From positions 416,001 to 480,000 of the forward strand of contig CAWFOU010000007.1 of the NCBI GenBank assembly GCA_963817525.1: a DNA stretch of 64,000 nt. The letters are read 5' to 3'. Of the stretch, positions 20,421-29,713 are shown piece by piece (the first letter of the stretch is position 1; every line of letters begins with the position of its first letter). The notes under the pieces were generated by a model. It searched no databases and was not told the origin of the DNA. It worked only from the letters and a program-made list of their open reading frames with translations. The position numbers and the translations under genes are program-made. This DNA comes from an uncultured archaeon (GTDB lineage Archaea > Thermoproteota > Nitrososphaeria > Nitrososphaerales > Gagatemarchaeaceae).

Positions 20421-21194
20421 CTATCTCCTCCTGATGTAGTGCCCCGCGAGAGCGATGGGCAGGGAGACGAGGATCATCACTGCGGAGGCGGTGACGGCCG
20501 CGTCGAGGCCTCCGGGGACAGCCCCGCTGAAGAGGGCGTAGATGGTGACCGAGGCCGGGCTCACGCCGTAGAACGGGTATTGGAGCACGTAGTATGCGAT
20601 TATCGAGATGGAGCCGAACTCGCTGAGCGCCCTGCTCATAGCGATGAAGGACGCGCTCTCGACCCCGGGGGCGGAGCTGGGGAGGACGACCGAGAGGAGC
20701 GTCCGGAAGCGGGAGGCGCCCATGCCCATGGCAAAGTCCTCCGGCCCGGGGTCCTTCGCCTCGAAGTACGGCTGCATCGCCTTCACGTAGATGGGCGCGG
20801 ACATGATGACCAGCGCGACCACCAGCCCGAGGACGGTGTTGTAGAAGTCAATCCCGAGGGCGTTCAGGAAAACCCCGGTCGGGGTGCGCGGGCTGTCGAG
20901 GATGACCAGGGCTACCCCGACGATGGGGTGGGGGATGCTGACGGGGACGTCAACGAGGGTCTCGGCGAGCCTGTCTCGCCCCCGCGCGAGGTAGTAGGCG
21001 AGCGGGGTGAAGAGCACGACGTCCACCAGCGCCGCGGTGGCCGACGAGACGAGGGTGAGCGCTATCGAGCGCAGGACGGCGTCGCTGTATCCAGCGGGGC
21101 TCCGCAGCGGCCCGAGGCCGTAGTAGAGGAGCACCACGACCGGGATGAGGAGGAGGAAGAGGGACGCCAGGGAGACGGCCCTTAGCCAGTTCAT
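20421..21194 (-). CDS. wtpB: Molybdate/tungstate ABC permease
   Basis: DVPVSIPHPIVG, EAA-like loop, SRALSEFG. Confidence 0.85.
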   Translation of the reverse strand: MNWLRAVSLASLFLLLIPVVVLLYYGLGPLRSPAGYSDAVLRSIALTLVSSATAALVDVVLFTPLAYYLARGRDRLAETLVDVPVSIPHPIVGVALVILDSPRTPTGVFLNALGIDFYNTVLGLVVALVIMSAPIYVKAMQPYFEAKDPGPEDFAMGMGASRFRTLLSVVLPSSAPGVESASFIAMSRALSEFGSISIIAYYVLQYPFYGVSPASVTIYALFSGAVPGGLDAAVTASAVMILVSLPIALAGHYIRRR

Positions 21195-21230
21195 CGCGAG
21201 GTCTGTGGGAGTGCCCCACTAAAGCCTAGT

Positions 21231-22346
21231 CTACGGTAGCGTCCCGCCGCTGACCACCACCCCTTGCGTGACCAGCTGCTGGATCGCTGCCGGCGGCGAC
21301 GCGCTTTCGTAGATCACGCACGGGCTCAGAGGCACAACGCCGAAGGTTGAGAGCGACTTTGCGTTCTGGACCACGTACTGGACGAACTCAAGGGCCTCGG
21401 CCGTGTTGACCGCGCTCTTCGGGATGGTGACCGATATGACTATCGCCGCCCCCTTGGTCGTCCCCGCGGAGTCCGTGTAGGAGAACTTGGCGTAGAGAGG
21501 GGCGAGGCTGGCGGTGCCCAGGTTCACGTGCGGGTCCAGGGTGATGTAGGGCAGGTCGCTGGAGACGGCGGCGGACTTGTAGGTGAACAGGAACTGTATG
21601 TCCCCGGCCTGGAGGGGCGCGACGAGGTCGGCCGCGCTCGCCGCAGTGACGTTGTCATGGTCGCTCAGGAGGATGCTTGTGTAGGCGCTCGAGTTGCCTC
21701 CCGAGTACAGGGATCCCGCAAGCTCGAGGGCGAGCCAGCCGCGGAGTCCGCCAGGATCTTGGCTCGGGTCCGAGATGCCCACCTTGACCGTGCCGGAGAC
21801 CAGGGCCGTGTAGAAGCTATTCCAGTCCGAGGTCGCGTTGGACTTTTCCGCCGTGTTCCCCAGGCTGATAATGTTGTTCGTGGCCGCGGTCTGAGTTGTC
21901 GAGTTCGAGTATGCAACGACCATCTGGTCCGTCGCGAACCCTATCGTCCAGCCGGCCGTGAGGTTGCCGAGGTACGCGGAAGAGGTGGCTGCGAGCGAGG
22001 AGGAGACAAAGACGTCGTCCGGAGCCCCAGCCTCTATCGATGACGCGTCCGCCGTGGAGCCTCCCGACTTGAGGGGGGCGACCTGCACTCCCGTAGTAGA
22101 GCCAAAGCCGTTTAGAAGGGAAGTGACCTCGGGCGCGTAGGCGTCCGCTGACCAGCTAATCAGGGGCCCCTCTGTGCTCGTGGAGGACGACATCATGGTG
22201 GACGAGGCGGTTATGCTCGTGGACGTGCTCTTGGGCGAGGTCACCAGGACGACGGCCCCGATCGCAGCCACCACGATGGCCACGGCGACGCAGGCCACCG
22301 CGATGTTGGTCGTGGTGCTCGAGACTCCCCTTCTTTGCATCTTCAT
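21231..22346 (-). CDS. wtpA: Molybdate/tungstate ABC substrate-binding protein
   Basis: GGS, DVFVS, SDPSQDPGG, FTYKS motifs; class III-like signal RRG|VS. Confidence 0.8.
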   Translation of the reverse strand: MKMQRRGVSSTTTNIAVACVAVAIVVAAIGAVVLVTSPKSTSTSITASSTMMSSSTSTEGPLISWSADAYAPEVTSLLNGFGSTTGVQVAPLKSGGSTADASSIEAGAPDDVFVSSSLAATSSAYLGNLTAGWTIGFATDQMVVAYSNSTTQTAATNNIISLGNTAEKSNATSDWNSFYTALVSGTVKVGISDPSQDPGGLRGWLALELAGSLYSGGNSSAYTSILLSDHDNVTAASAADLVAPLQAGDIQFLFTYKSAAVSSDLPYITLDPHVNLGTASLAPLYAKFSYTDSAGTTKGAAIVISVTIPKSAVNTAEALEFVQYVVQNAKSLSTFGVVPLSPCVIYESASPPAAIQQLVTQGVVVSGGTLP

Positions 22347-22353
22347 GATGAAT

Positions 22354-22377
22354 CGATATGCACACCTTTGCATAACG
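22354..22377. promoter_or_regulatory. ModE-box-like inverted repeat
   Basis: CGATATGCA-N6-TGCATAACG between the divergent wtpA and ATPase genes; matches the CGnTAT..-N6-..ATAnCG ModE architecture; modE is nearby. Confidence 0.7.
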
Positions 22378-22411
22378 CTATTTATCCTTTGGGAGAGGTA
22401 GTGCCGGGAGC

Positions 22412-23017
22412 ATGATCGACGCCGCTGTCAGGAAGAGCTACGGCGACTTTTCGCTCGACGCGGCGTTGAGCGACGGCGGCTTCATCTGCCTCGCGGGGAG
22501 GAACGGGGCGGGCAAGACGACGCTCTTGAAGATCGTCGCGGGCCTGGCCAAGCCCGACGGCGGGCACGTCAAGGTCGGCGGGAGGGACGTCACGGGCTTG
22601 GCGGTGGAGGACAGGGGCGTCGTGATGGTGACGCCTGGGTCGTCGATCCCCAGCCTGACGGTGGACGACCACCTGCGGTGGGGCGCCAGGCTGAAGGGGA
22701 TGGAGATAGGGGAGGAGAGGCTGGACGAGGTCAAGCGGGCTCTAGGGATCGACTTCCAGGGTCGGGCGGACCAGCTGAGCCTCGGCATGCGCGAGCGCGT
22801 ATCCCTCTCGACTGCCCTGCTCTCGATGCCGGCGGCGATCCTGGTGGACGAGGCCTTCTCCAACCTGCACGAGCGGGAGGGGTTCGTCTCGGCCTATCGC
22901 GAGCTGGCCGCCGAGGCGGGGATAGACGTGGTCTTCTCCACGCAGGACGAGTCGGACGGGAAGCCGGCCCAGCACCTATACTGGCTGGAGGAGGGAAAGG
23001 CGACTAGGAGGTTCTGA
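22412..23017 (+). CDS. wtpC: ABC ATP-binding subunit (Mo/W transporter)
   Basis: GRNGAGKTT, LSLGMRERV, ILVDEAFS. Confidence 0.8.
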   Translation: MIDAAVRKSYGDFSLDAALSDGGFICLAGRNGAGKTTLLKIVAGLAKPDGGHVKVGGRDVTGLAVEDRGVVMVTPGSSIPSLTVDDHLRWGARLKGMEIGEERLDEVKRALGIDFQGRADQLSLGMRERVSLSTALLSMPAAILVDEAFSNLHEREGFVSAYRELAAEAGIDVVFSTQDESDGKPAQHLYWLEEGKATRRF

Positions 23018-23022
23018 GGCGC

Positions 23023-23220
23023 TCAGACCTTTTGGGTCTGGGGCCTGAACTCGAAGCCGCACCTTATGCAGACGCGCCTTCCCGGGGCGTCGGAGACTAT
23101 CTGCTTGGTACCGCACTTCGGGCACTCCATCGGCGTCTGTGCAGGGGCGATTGAGACGCTGTGCTGTTCTCGCACCTTGTCTATTGCCTTTGCGTAAGCA
23201 TCACGGTGAGACCTTGGCAT
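23023..23220 (-). CDS. Small zinc-ribbon protein
   Basis: CPKC...CIRCG. Confidence 0.6.
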   Translation of the reverse strand: MPRSHRDAYAKAIDKVREQHSVSIAPAQTPMECPKCGTKQIVSDAPGRRVCIRCGFEFRPQTQKV

Positions 23221-23294
23221 TCGATTACCTGAATCTGGCCCTTTTCCGCCCTGCTATAAGGCATCTGCATCGGCTCCGGTGGCCGCTGGTGGCT

Positions 23295-23984
23295 CTAGAT
23301 CCGGGCGAGCTCGGCGGGGGATATGTAGTCGAGCTCCCTCTCCCTCTGCTTGTAGTCGGGGCAGACCCTGGCGAGTTTCCTCTTGAATGCGGGCGAGTGG
23401 TTGAACTCCTCGAGGTGTGTCAGCTCGTGGAGGACGACGTACTCGCGCAGCCGCTCGGGGAGCGCGATCAGCTGCCAGCTGAAGGAAAGCCTACCACTCC
23501 TCGTGCAGTAGCCCCAGTTCTTGATCTCCCTGACGTCGGCCATCTTGTAGGCGGCGGGGAGTGTGGGGGCCAGCTCGGAGAGCTTCTTCATGACGTACCT
23601 GGAGGTCTCCCTCAGGAACCACCTCCTCACGAGCTCCCTCACCCTCGACCTCTCGCCTGCGCGGACCACTACCTTCCCTCCCTGCGTGTCGGGGAGTATC
23701 TCCTCCTTGTCGTACGCCTTCTCGTAGACTATCTCCAGGAACGCGCCTTCGAACATGACCCTTTGGTCGTCGAGGATCCTCTTCGTCTTCTGCATCTCCT
23801 CGTATTTCTTGAGAATCCAGTCCTGCCTCTGGCTTATCGCGGTGCTCGCGTCTCCCAGCCTCCCCCGCGGGAGGACGACCTCGAGGGTGAGGTCGGGCCT
23901 GAACCTGAAGTAGGTGTAGCGCCTGCTGGCGCCCCGCAGCACGAGGTACTCGATCCTCTTTCCGCCTATCTCCAGCGCCGGCAC
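23295..23984 (-). CDS. YgjP/DUF45 (M48/SprT-like) metallo-hydrolase
   Basis: WGYCT, YVVLHELTHLEEFNHSPAF. Confidence 0.88.
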   Translation of the reverse strand: MPALEIGGKRIEYLVLRGASRRYTYFRFRPDLTLEVVLPRGRLGDASTAISQRQDWILKKYEEMQKTKRILDDQRVMFEGAFLEIVYEKAYDKEEILPDTQGGKVVVRAGERSRVRELVRRWFLRETSRYVMKKLSELAPTLPAAYKMADVREIKNWGYCTRSGRLSFSWQLIALPERLREYVVLHELTHLEEFNHSPAFKRKLARVCPDYKQRERELDYISPAELARI

Positions 23985-24077
23985 GAAACCCTCGCAGTCG
24001 ACGGGGGAGTTTCATTTTAAGGCTGCGGCTCGGAATCCGTAAATCCAGGGCCGGGGCTCCAGACCGTCGGATTCTGA

Positions 24078-24671
24078 ATGAGTCCCAGGAGGGTCCTCCT
24101 CAGCATCGGTGTCGCCTGCCTCCTCGTGGGAGCGCTTGCGGGCTTTCTCTACGGCGTCGATTCGACGCCGACAAGGATTTCGACCTCGATCTCCACGACG
24201 AGGGTGACCGTGCCAGTGGTCCCGGACGCCTTTGGCCAAGTCGCCAGCAGCTACACAAACCATCTTCTCCTCCTCGACTCCAAGAACGCGTCGGCGCTCA
24301 CAGCGGGCTATGAGAGCAACGCGACAGTCGAGTGGAAGGGATATTCCGGTGGTTGCGATGGCAATTACACCGGACTGGAAGACGTTGATGGGTTGCTGGG
24401 CACGTTGGTTCGCGCAAACTATCTTCTCGTTTCTAACGAGACTCAGAACATAATGGCGGAAGGAAGCCATTGGGTCGTGACCTCAGAATTTGCCTTTGGC
24501 GGAAACGGTAGCGCGTCTGGCCCCTTTGAAGGAAACTTCCAAGGGACGATATCGGCGCAGGACTCTTACGTCCACGTGGGCAGCGTGTGGCTCATAGCAA
24601 GTGAAACATGGGATTTCACCTACTTCGTCTCTTCATTCATTGAGCAGGGAGGTTTCCCACCCGAATGCTAG
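24078..24671 (+). CDS. Membrane-anchored NTF2-like protein
   Basis: TM helix, 'YESNATVEWKG..GNYTG', 'SAQDSY', 'WLIASETWDF'. Confidence 0.7.
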   Translation: MSPRRVLLSIGVACLLVGALAGFLYGVDSTPTRISTSISTTRVTVPVVPDAFGQVASSYTNHLLLLDSKNASALTAGYESNATVEWKGYSGGCDGNYTGLEDVDGLLGTLVRANYLLVSNETQNIMAEGSHWVVTSEFAFGGNGSASGPFEGNFQGTISAQDSYVHVGSVWLIASETWDFTYFVSSFIEQGGFPPEC

Positions 24672-24826
24672 AGCCCACGAGCCTCGCGGAATCGAGCCGG
24701 ATTGAGACGGCCCACCGTGGCAAATCGGTGTGCATAACGCTACTAGGTGCGGTCTGTAAGACCTACTTGGTAAGTAAAAACTACTAGGTTTATATGCGGT
24801 ACTGGCACAGTAGTTGATGACAGAAA

Positions 24827-25243
24827 ATGACCGCAATCCTGGATCCTTTACTTCCGTACACCGGATACCTGGCACTGATACTGAGGGTGTGGGTCGGAGC
24901 GAACTTCGTCATCCACGCGCGCCCGAAGCTCAGTGGCATGCCGCAGACAATCCAGAGCATGAAGGGCCTCGGGGTTCCCGCCGGAGCGACATACGCCGCC
25001 ACCGCGCTGGAGCTCGTAGGAGGCGTGGCCCTCATCTTGGGGCTGCTGGTCCCCATAGTGGGCGGGCTCTTCGTCGTCTTCATGGTGGCGCTGTCCGTCA
25101 TGAAGAAGAGGAAGATGCACGCAGACTACATCGCCGTGGGAAAGCCGTCGTATGAGATCGACGCCCTCTACCTCGCCCTCGCTCTCGCCCTGGTGTTCCT
25201 CGGCGCCGGTGTGTTCTCCCTCGACGGGGCTCTTGGAATCTAA
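24827..25243 (+). CDS. DoxX family membrane protein
   Basis: LILRVWVG..F..H..PK, ELVGG..LILG, GAGVFSLD; TATA TTTATATG at 24789. Confidence 0.88.
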   Translation: MTAILDPLLPYTGYLALILRVWVGANFVIHARPKLSGMPQTIQSMKGLGVPAGATYAATALELVGGVALILGLLVPIVGGLFVVFMVALSVMKKRKMHADYIAVGKPSYEIDALYLALALALVFLGAGVFSLDGALGI

Positions 25244-25339
25244 GGCCGGGGTCTCCGGCCTTGGGCCTCGTCGAGGACCCATTTTTTTACAATCCGCGTG
25301 CTGCCGCGGGCATGTTTCGGCGTTCGATGCATCCGCTGT

Positions 25340-25960
25340 CTAGCCGCCGGTCGTTGGGGTCGGATACTGAAATTTGACGTTGAGGAAGTTCCACGTCTCC
25401 GTCGAGATTAGCCAAGCGCTCTGGGACACGGAATGTGTGTAGAAGTCCTGAGCGGAAACAGTGCCGTTGAAGCTGGTGGTGGGGTAATAACCAAAGTTGT
25501 ACATCAGTCCAGAGATTTCGAAGCTTGAATTAACTACTGCCGAATCAGCCGACACAACCACTACGGCGTTGGTTACGTTTCCGATGCTGAATGAGCCCGC
25601 TTGACCTATGAAGCTGGCATTAATCAGAAGGAAGATGACCCCTGTCCCATTGTAGAAGCCTTGAAGACCACCAATGTTTCCCGTCCATGTGACGGTCGCG
25701 TTTTCCTCATACTGGCTCACAATTGCGAAAGGGTTCCTCTCGGAGATGAGGAGCATGTGACTAGCAAAGCTGTTGGAGACTTGCTCGTAGGCATCAAGGG
25801 AGGTCGACGGCGCCGTGAGTGTGGAGGTGACAGTGGTTGTTGTTATTGACACTGCCGTCGTCTTCGTCGGCGTCGAATTGACTCCGTATAGGTATCCCAC
25901 CGCAGCCCCTGCCAACAATAAGAAGACGCAGGCGCTTAACAGAACCGCCCTAGAGTCCAT
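25340..25960 (-). CDS. Membrane-anchored NTF2-like protein
   Basis: Clear paralogue of 24078 (GYLYGVNSTPT, YEENATVTWTG, SAQDFY, WLISTETWNF). Confidence 0.7.
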   Translation of the reverse strand: MDSRAVLLSACVFLLLAGAAVGYLYGVNSTPTKTTAVSITTTTVTSTLTAPSTSLDAYEQVSNSFASHMLLISERNPFAIVSQYEENATVTWTGNIGGLQGFYNGTGVIFLLINASFIGQAGSFSIGNVTNAVVVVSADSAVVNSSFEISGLMYNFGYYPTTSFNGTVSAQDFYTHSVSQSAWLISTETWNFLNVKFQYPTPTTGG

Positions 25961-26311
25961 TTCGATGCTGACTTTTTTCGTGCCGCCAGATTTACGGCTT
26001 TTGCATTAAGAATGGGTTCCTGCTCCGTAAGCATGGGGATTCAATTCGCCGCTCCACTTGGGGGGATGGATACTAACCTGTGCCTTGACCATGCACCCAA
26101 GGGTGCAAAAGTATGAGAATGAACCCGGCATATGCCAATAACCCAATTGCAAGAATGAGGTAGCGCCTCTCCATGCGGATTCAAGCCGCCTACTTCCTTG
26201 GTCTGGCTTAAGGTGTTCGTCAGGAGCGCAAGCCACTTGTTTCCGCCTTCCTCGATTCGGATTCCCGCGAGGGGAGCGTAGCCGCGAATGCGAAGGAAGT
26301 ATTCGGATAGG

Positions 26312-27436
26312 CTAGTGCGAGAACTCCATGCGCTGCGGGATGGCTGGTTTGCTCGCCCTCGGGGTGGTCGGGTACGTCATCTCGATAATCCGATTCTTTA
26401 GCTGGCGCAGCCCGTCGCCCCTCACGGCGGAGATCTTCATGACGGAGAACCCGGCGAAGAGGTCGTCCTCCTCTACCTGGCGTAGGGCGGCGCCCTCGAG
26501 GCGGTCTATCTTGTTGAGGACCAGGATGACCTTCTTCGGGTCGACGCCAAGCTGGTCGAGGGTCTGGTCGCAGCTCCTGAGCTTGATCGTCATGCTCTCC
26601 CTCTCCTCGCTCGCGTCGACCATGAGGAGCACGAGGTCGGCATAGGTCAGCTCCTCTAGCGTCGACTTGAAGGACTCCACCATGTATGTGGGGATGCGCG
26701 AGATGAAGCCGACGGTGTCCGAGAGCATTATCCTCTTCCGCTCGTCGCCGAAGCTCACGGCCCGCATGGTGGTGGTGAGGGTCGTGAAGAGGTCCGGCGA
26801 CTCCTCCCTGGACTCGTCGGCGAGCTTGTTGAACAGCGTGGTCTTCCCGCTGCTCGTGTAGCCGGCGAGCGAGACGAAGGGCAGCCCAAGCTTCCTCCTC
26901 TCCGAACGGTGGAGGTTGCGGTTCGCCTGGGCCTTCTCCAGCCTCTGGTTGATGAAATTCATCCGCTTCTTCAAGGCCCTGAACTTGATGTCTACCATGG
27001 TCTCTCCCATCCCCATGAAGCCAGCCCTCTCACCGTTGACGGAGTAACGGACGGCGTCCCTCGCCCGGGGCATCTCGTACTTCAGCTCCGCGAGCTGGAC
27101 CTGGAGCTTAGCCTCGGTCGTGGTCGCCCTTCGAGCGAAGATGTTGAGGATGAGCCTGTCGCGGTCGACTATCTCGCAGCGTGTGACCGTCGCGAGCTTG
27201 TTCGCTTGCGACGAGGTGACCTCCTCGTCGATGATCAGGGTCTTCGAGCCGTTCTTGCCGACCATGTCGCGGAGCTCCTCGGCCTTGCCCACGCCGACTC
27301 CATACTGAGACTTTACCACGCGTTTTTGGGTGATCATGCCCACGACGGTGTAGCCGGCCCGCAGAGCCAGCTCCTTGATCTCCTCCTTGGAGAACTCGTC
27401 AGGGTAGGTCACTATGGTGGCCTTTTCAGCGGGCAT
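26312..27436 (-). CDS. hflX: GTPase HflX
   Basis: GKAEE, EAKLQVQLA, GYTSSGKTT, LFTTL, DTVGF, NKID, SA. Confidence 0.95.
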   Translation of the reverse strand: MPAEKATIVTYPDEFSKEEIKELALRAGYTVVGMITQKRVVKSQYGVGVGKAEELRDMVGKNGSKTLIIDEEVTSSQANKLATVTRCEIVDRDRLILNIFARRATTTEAKLQVQLAELKYEMPRARDAVRYSVNGERAGFMGMGETMVDIKFRALKKRMNFINQRLEKAQANRNLHRSERRKLGLPFVSLAGYTSSGKTTLFNKLADESREESPDLFTTLTTTMRAVSFGDERKRIMLSDTVGFISRIPTYMVESFKSTLEELTYADLVLLMVDASEERESMTIKLRSCDQTLDQLGVDPKKVILVLNKIDRLEGAALRQVEEDDLFAGFSVMKISAVRGDGLRQLKNRIIEMTYPTTPRASKPAIPQRMEFSH

Positions 27437-27480
27437 AGAGGTGGTCGTCCTCCTCGCGGGCTATAAAGGGTGGTGCAGGC

Positions 27481-28083
27481 TCACAGGACAGGGACGTCGG
27501 GGGGCGTGTCGGTGACCTGCTCCTTCCCCGCCATGATGCCGTTGTACCTCTTGATCACCCGGACGTTTCTTCCCACCAGCAGCCCCACTCCCAAACAGAG
27601 GAGGAGGTCGGTCGCGATTCCTGCGTCTATCGCAGTCGAGGACAGCGTGGGTTGCGCCCCGCCGAGAGAGAAGCTGAAGGCAGCAGGCCCGATGAAGACG
27701 AGGTCGATCGCTATCCTTGCGATGAGCCCCACGATGTAGATCAGGTAGACGACGATCGCCCCCTTGTACCAGATGGACCCGTCCGGGCCCTTCCAGAAGC
27801 CTATCCTCGAGTTGGAGACGACGTACGAGGCGTAGGCGCCTATCGCCCCGACCAGCGCGTAGAGTACCAGGTCGACGGCGCCTACGCCGCCCGAGATCAC
27901 GGAGACGGCGATGAGGAGGCCGGCGAACCCGAGATAGTAGACGGAGAAGAGCAGCGTCCTACCCAGGCTTACCTTGGACCCGCGCATGACCCTGGAGAAC
28001 CGCCGGATGACCAGGAGGATGAGGATGCCCAGGACGATGTAGATCGTGCTGCTGTTTCCCCCTGCCCCTGCGCCGGAACTCAT
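27481..28083 (-). CDS. Multi-pass membrane protein (CcdC/DUF1453-like)
   Basis: About five TM segments with an internal soluble loop 'GFWKGPDGSIWYKG'. Confidence 0.6.
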   Translation of the reverse strand: MSSGAGAGGNSSTIYIVLGILILLVIRRFSRVMRGSKVSLGRTLLFSVYYLGFAGLLIAVSVISGGVGAVDLVLYALVGAIGAYASYVVSNSRIGFWKGPDGSIWYKGAIVVYLIYIVGLIARIAIDLVFIGPAAFSFSLGGAQPTLSSTAIDAGIATDLLLCLGVGLLVGRNVRVIKRYNGIMAGKEQVTDTPPDVPVL

Positions 28084-28130
28084 CGGCGGCCCTAAGAAAG
28101 CAACAGAAATGAATCTTTTCGTCGGCAGGC

Positions 28131-28424
28131 CTAGGGGCCGAAGGCAGCGAGGAAGCCCTTCATCTTCCAGTAGGTGTCGAGGAACTCGAGCCCCCTCGGC
28201 GTGACGGCGTAATAGTAGACGCCCGCCTCGTCCCCTTCCTCGTCCCCTGCGGCTATCTTCCTCACCAGGCCGTTCGCGGAGAGGCCCTCGACCATGACCT
28301 TGAGCCGGTCGACGGGGACGCCGACCCCGTAGGATATCCTCGTGATCCTCCCGCCCTCCGGGTAGCGGCGGACGACCTCGAGGATGGTCGCGTAGAGGTC
28401 GACCTTGGACCTTTTCCCCTTCAT
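28131..28424 (-). CDS. Archaeal winged-helix DNA-binding protein
   Basis: KRSKVDLYATILE...ITRISYG...YAVTPRGLEFL; start MKGKRS at 28424. Confidence 0.85.
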   Translation of the reverse strand: MKGKRSKVDLYATILEVVRRYPEGGRITRISYGVGVPVDRLKVMVEGLSANGLVRKIAAGDEEGDEAGVYYYAVTPRGLEFLDTYWKMKGFLAAFGP

Positions 28425-28452
28425 TGCGCTCTCTCCATTCTCGCTTCCCACC

Positions 28453-29703
28453 TCAGAGCGGGAACGGCGGCAGGGCGTCCACCTTCTCTGGAGGACGGGT
28501 GAAGAAGGTGCGGCCGCTCGGTGCCCGGAACTCGTCTGTGTAGGAGACTTGCTCCGCGGTGCAGCCCTCCGAGACCTCCACCCTGTTGGCGAATATCCTC
28601 CCGCATCTGGAGTTCTTCCCCAGGACGACCTCCCGGCCGTAGATGTCCTCGGCATTCGTCATGCGTCCGATGGCCCTGATCCGCAGGGACTGCCCCGCCC
28701 AGGACGCGCCCCAGTTTGCGAAGCTTGACAGGCTCTTTCCCAGCTCTACGCGCTCCGCAACAATCGGGCCCCTGCACGTTGTGCCGCTCCCGACCGTCAC
28801 GGACTTGGCCTTCAGCCCCTGCTGCGTCTCGAGGAGCTCGCCGGCTATCTCCGCGCTATTGGTGAGGAGGATCTTCCTGGCCCTGAACCTCCCTCCCGTT
28901 CTCAGGTCTGCCCCCCTCACCTCGTCCCGGATTTCGCCTTGGCCGCTCGTTTCCAGGGCCCCCGAGACTGCGAGGGAGCCGTTGACCTTGAGCCACCCGT
29001 TCACCGCGATCTTTTCAGCGCTGAAGTCGCCTTGGACCTCCGTGAAGCCTTCCACCTTGACCTCCTCGCACGCAAGGGCTCCTGCGACAGAGAGCTTGCC
29101 GAAGGTGGACATCTTCTGCCCCTTGCAGCCAGCGGGGAGGGTGCACTTGCCGTAGACCTGCAGGTCTCCGAACTCCAGCGGCCTGCTGCTCGCGAAGACG
29201 CCCTTCACCCGGACGTGGCCAGAGATGCTCCCGCCGCCCACCTCCGCCTTCCCTCCGACGTCGAGGTCAGTGATCTTGACGACGCCGCGGACCGAGACCT
29301 TCCCACCCACGTCGACGGACGCGGCCTCGAGCGTGCCGGCGACCTCCACGATGCCCCCGACACGGACTGCGCCTCCGCAGGAGACCGAGCCCGCGAACAT
29401 CCTCCCGCCTACCTCTATGCTCTGTGCGCTGACCTTTCCCTCGACCCTCAGGGTGTGGGCGACGTCCGCCCCTCCGTTGACGATGAGGTCCCCGGTCGAC
29501 CTGAGCGTCCCGCGCTCCACGGTGAGGGAGTCGCACCGGAAGTCGCAGTCTATCTCAGCGTTGCTCTCGAAGTAGGCGCTCCCGCTGACCGTGACGATGC
29601 TCCCCTTCGCAGTGGTGATCCTGGCGTTGCTCGAGACCCTGAGGTCTCCCTCGACGCGGTCGAGCCTGGCGGTGCTGCCCTTCTCTACGCGGAGTTCGGA
29701 CAT
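28453..29703 (-). CDS. Bactofilin-like (polymer-forming) beta-helix protein
   Basis: V/G-rich repeats of ~17 aa (VEGKVSAQSIEVGG, VAGTLEAASVDVGG) across 416 aa; no signal peptide. Confidence 0.7.
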   Translation of the reverse strand: MSELRVEKGSTARLDRVEGDLRVSSNARITTAKGSIVTVSGSAYFESNAEIDCDFRCDSLTVERGTLRSTGDLIVNGGADVAHTLRVEGKVSAQSIEVGGRMFAGSVSCGGAVRVGGIVEVAGTLEAASVDVGGKVSVRGVVKITDLDVGGKAEVGGGSISGHVRVKGVFASSRPLEFGDLQVYGKCTLPAGCKGQKMSTFGKLSVAGALACEEVKVEGFTEVQGDFSAEKIAVNGWLKVNGSLAVSGALETSGQGEIRDEVRGADLRTGGRFRARKILLTNSAEIAGELLETQQGLKAKSVTVGSGTTCRGPIVAERVELGKSLSSFANWGASWAGQSLRIRAIGRMTNAEDIYGREVVLGKNSRCGRIFANRVEVSEGCTAEQVSYTDEFRAPSGRTFFTRPPEKVDALPPFPL

Positions 29704-29713
29704 TTCATCCGAC

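Noticed and set aside
26006-26310. Small ORF and imperfect hairpin in an AT-richer spacer
   Set aside because: No recognisable motif or RNA family; insufficient support.
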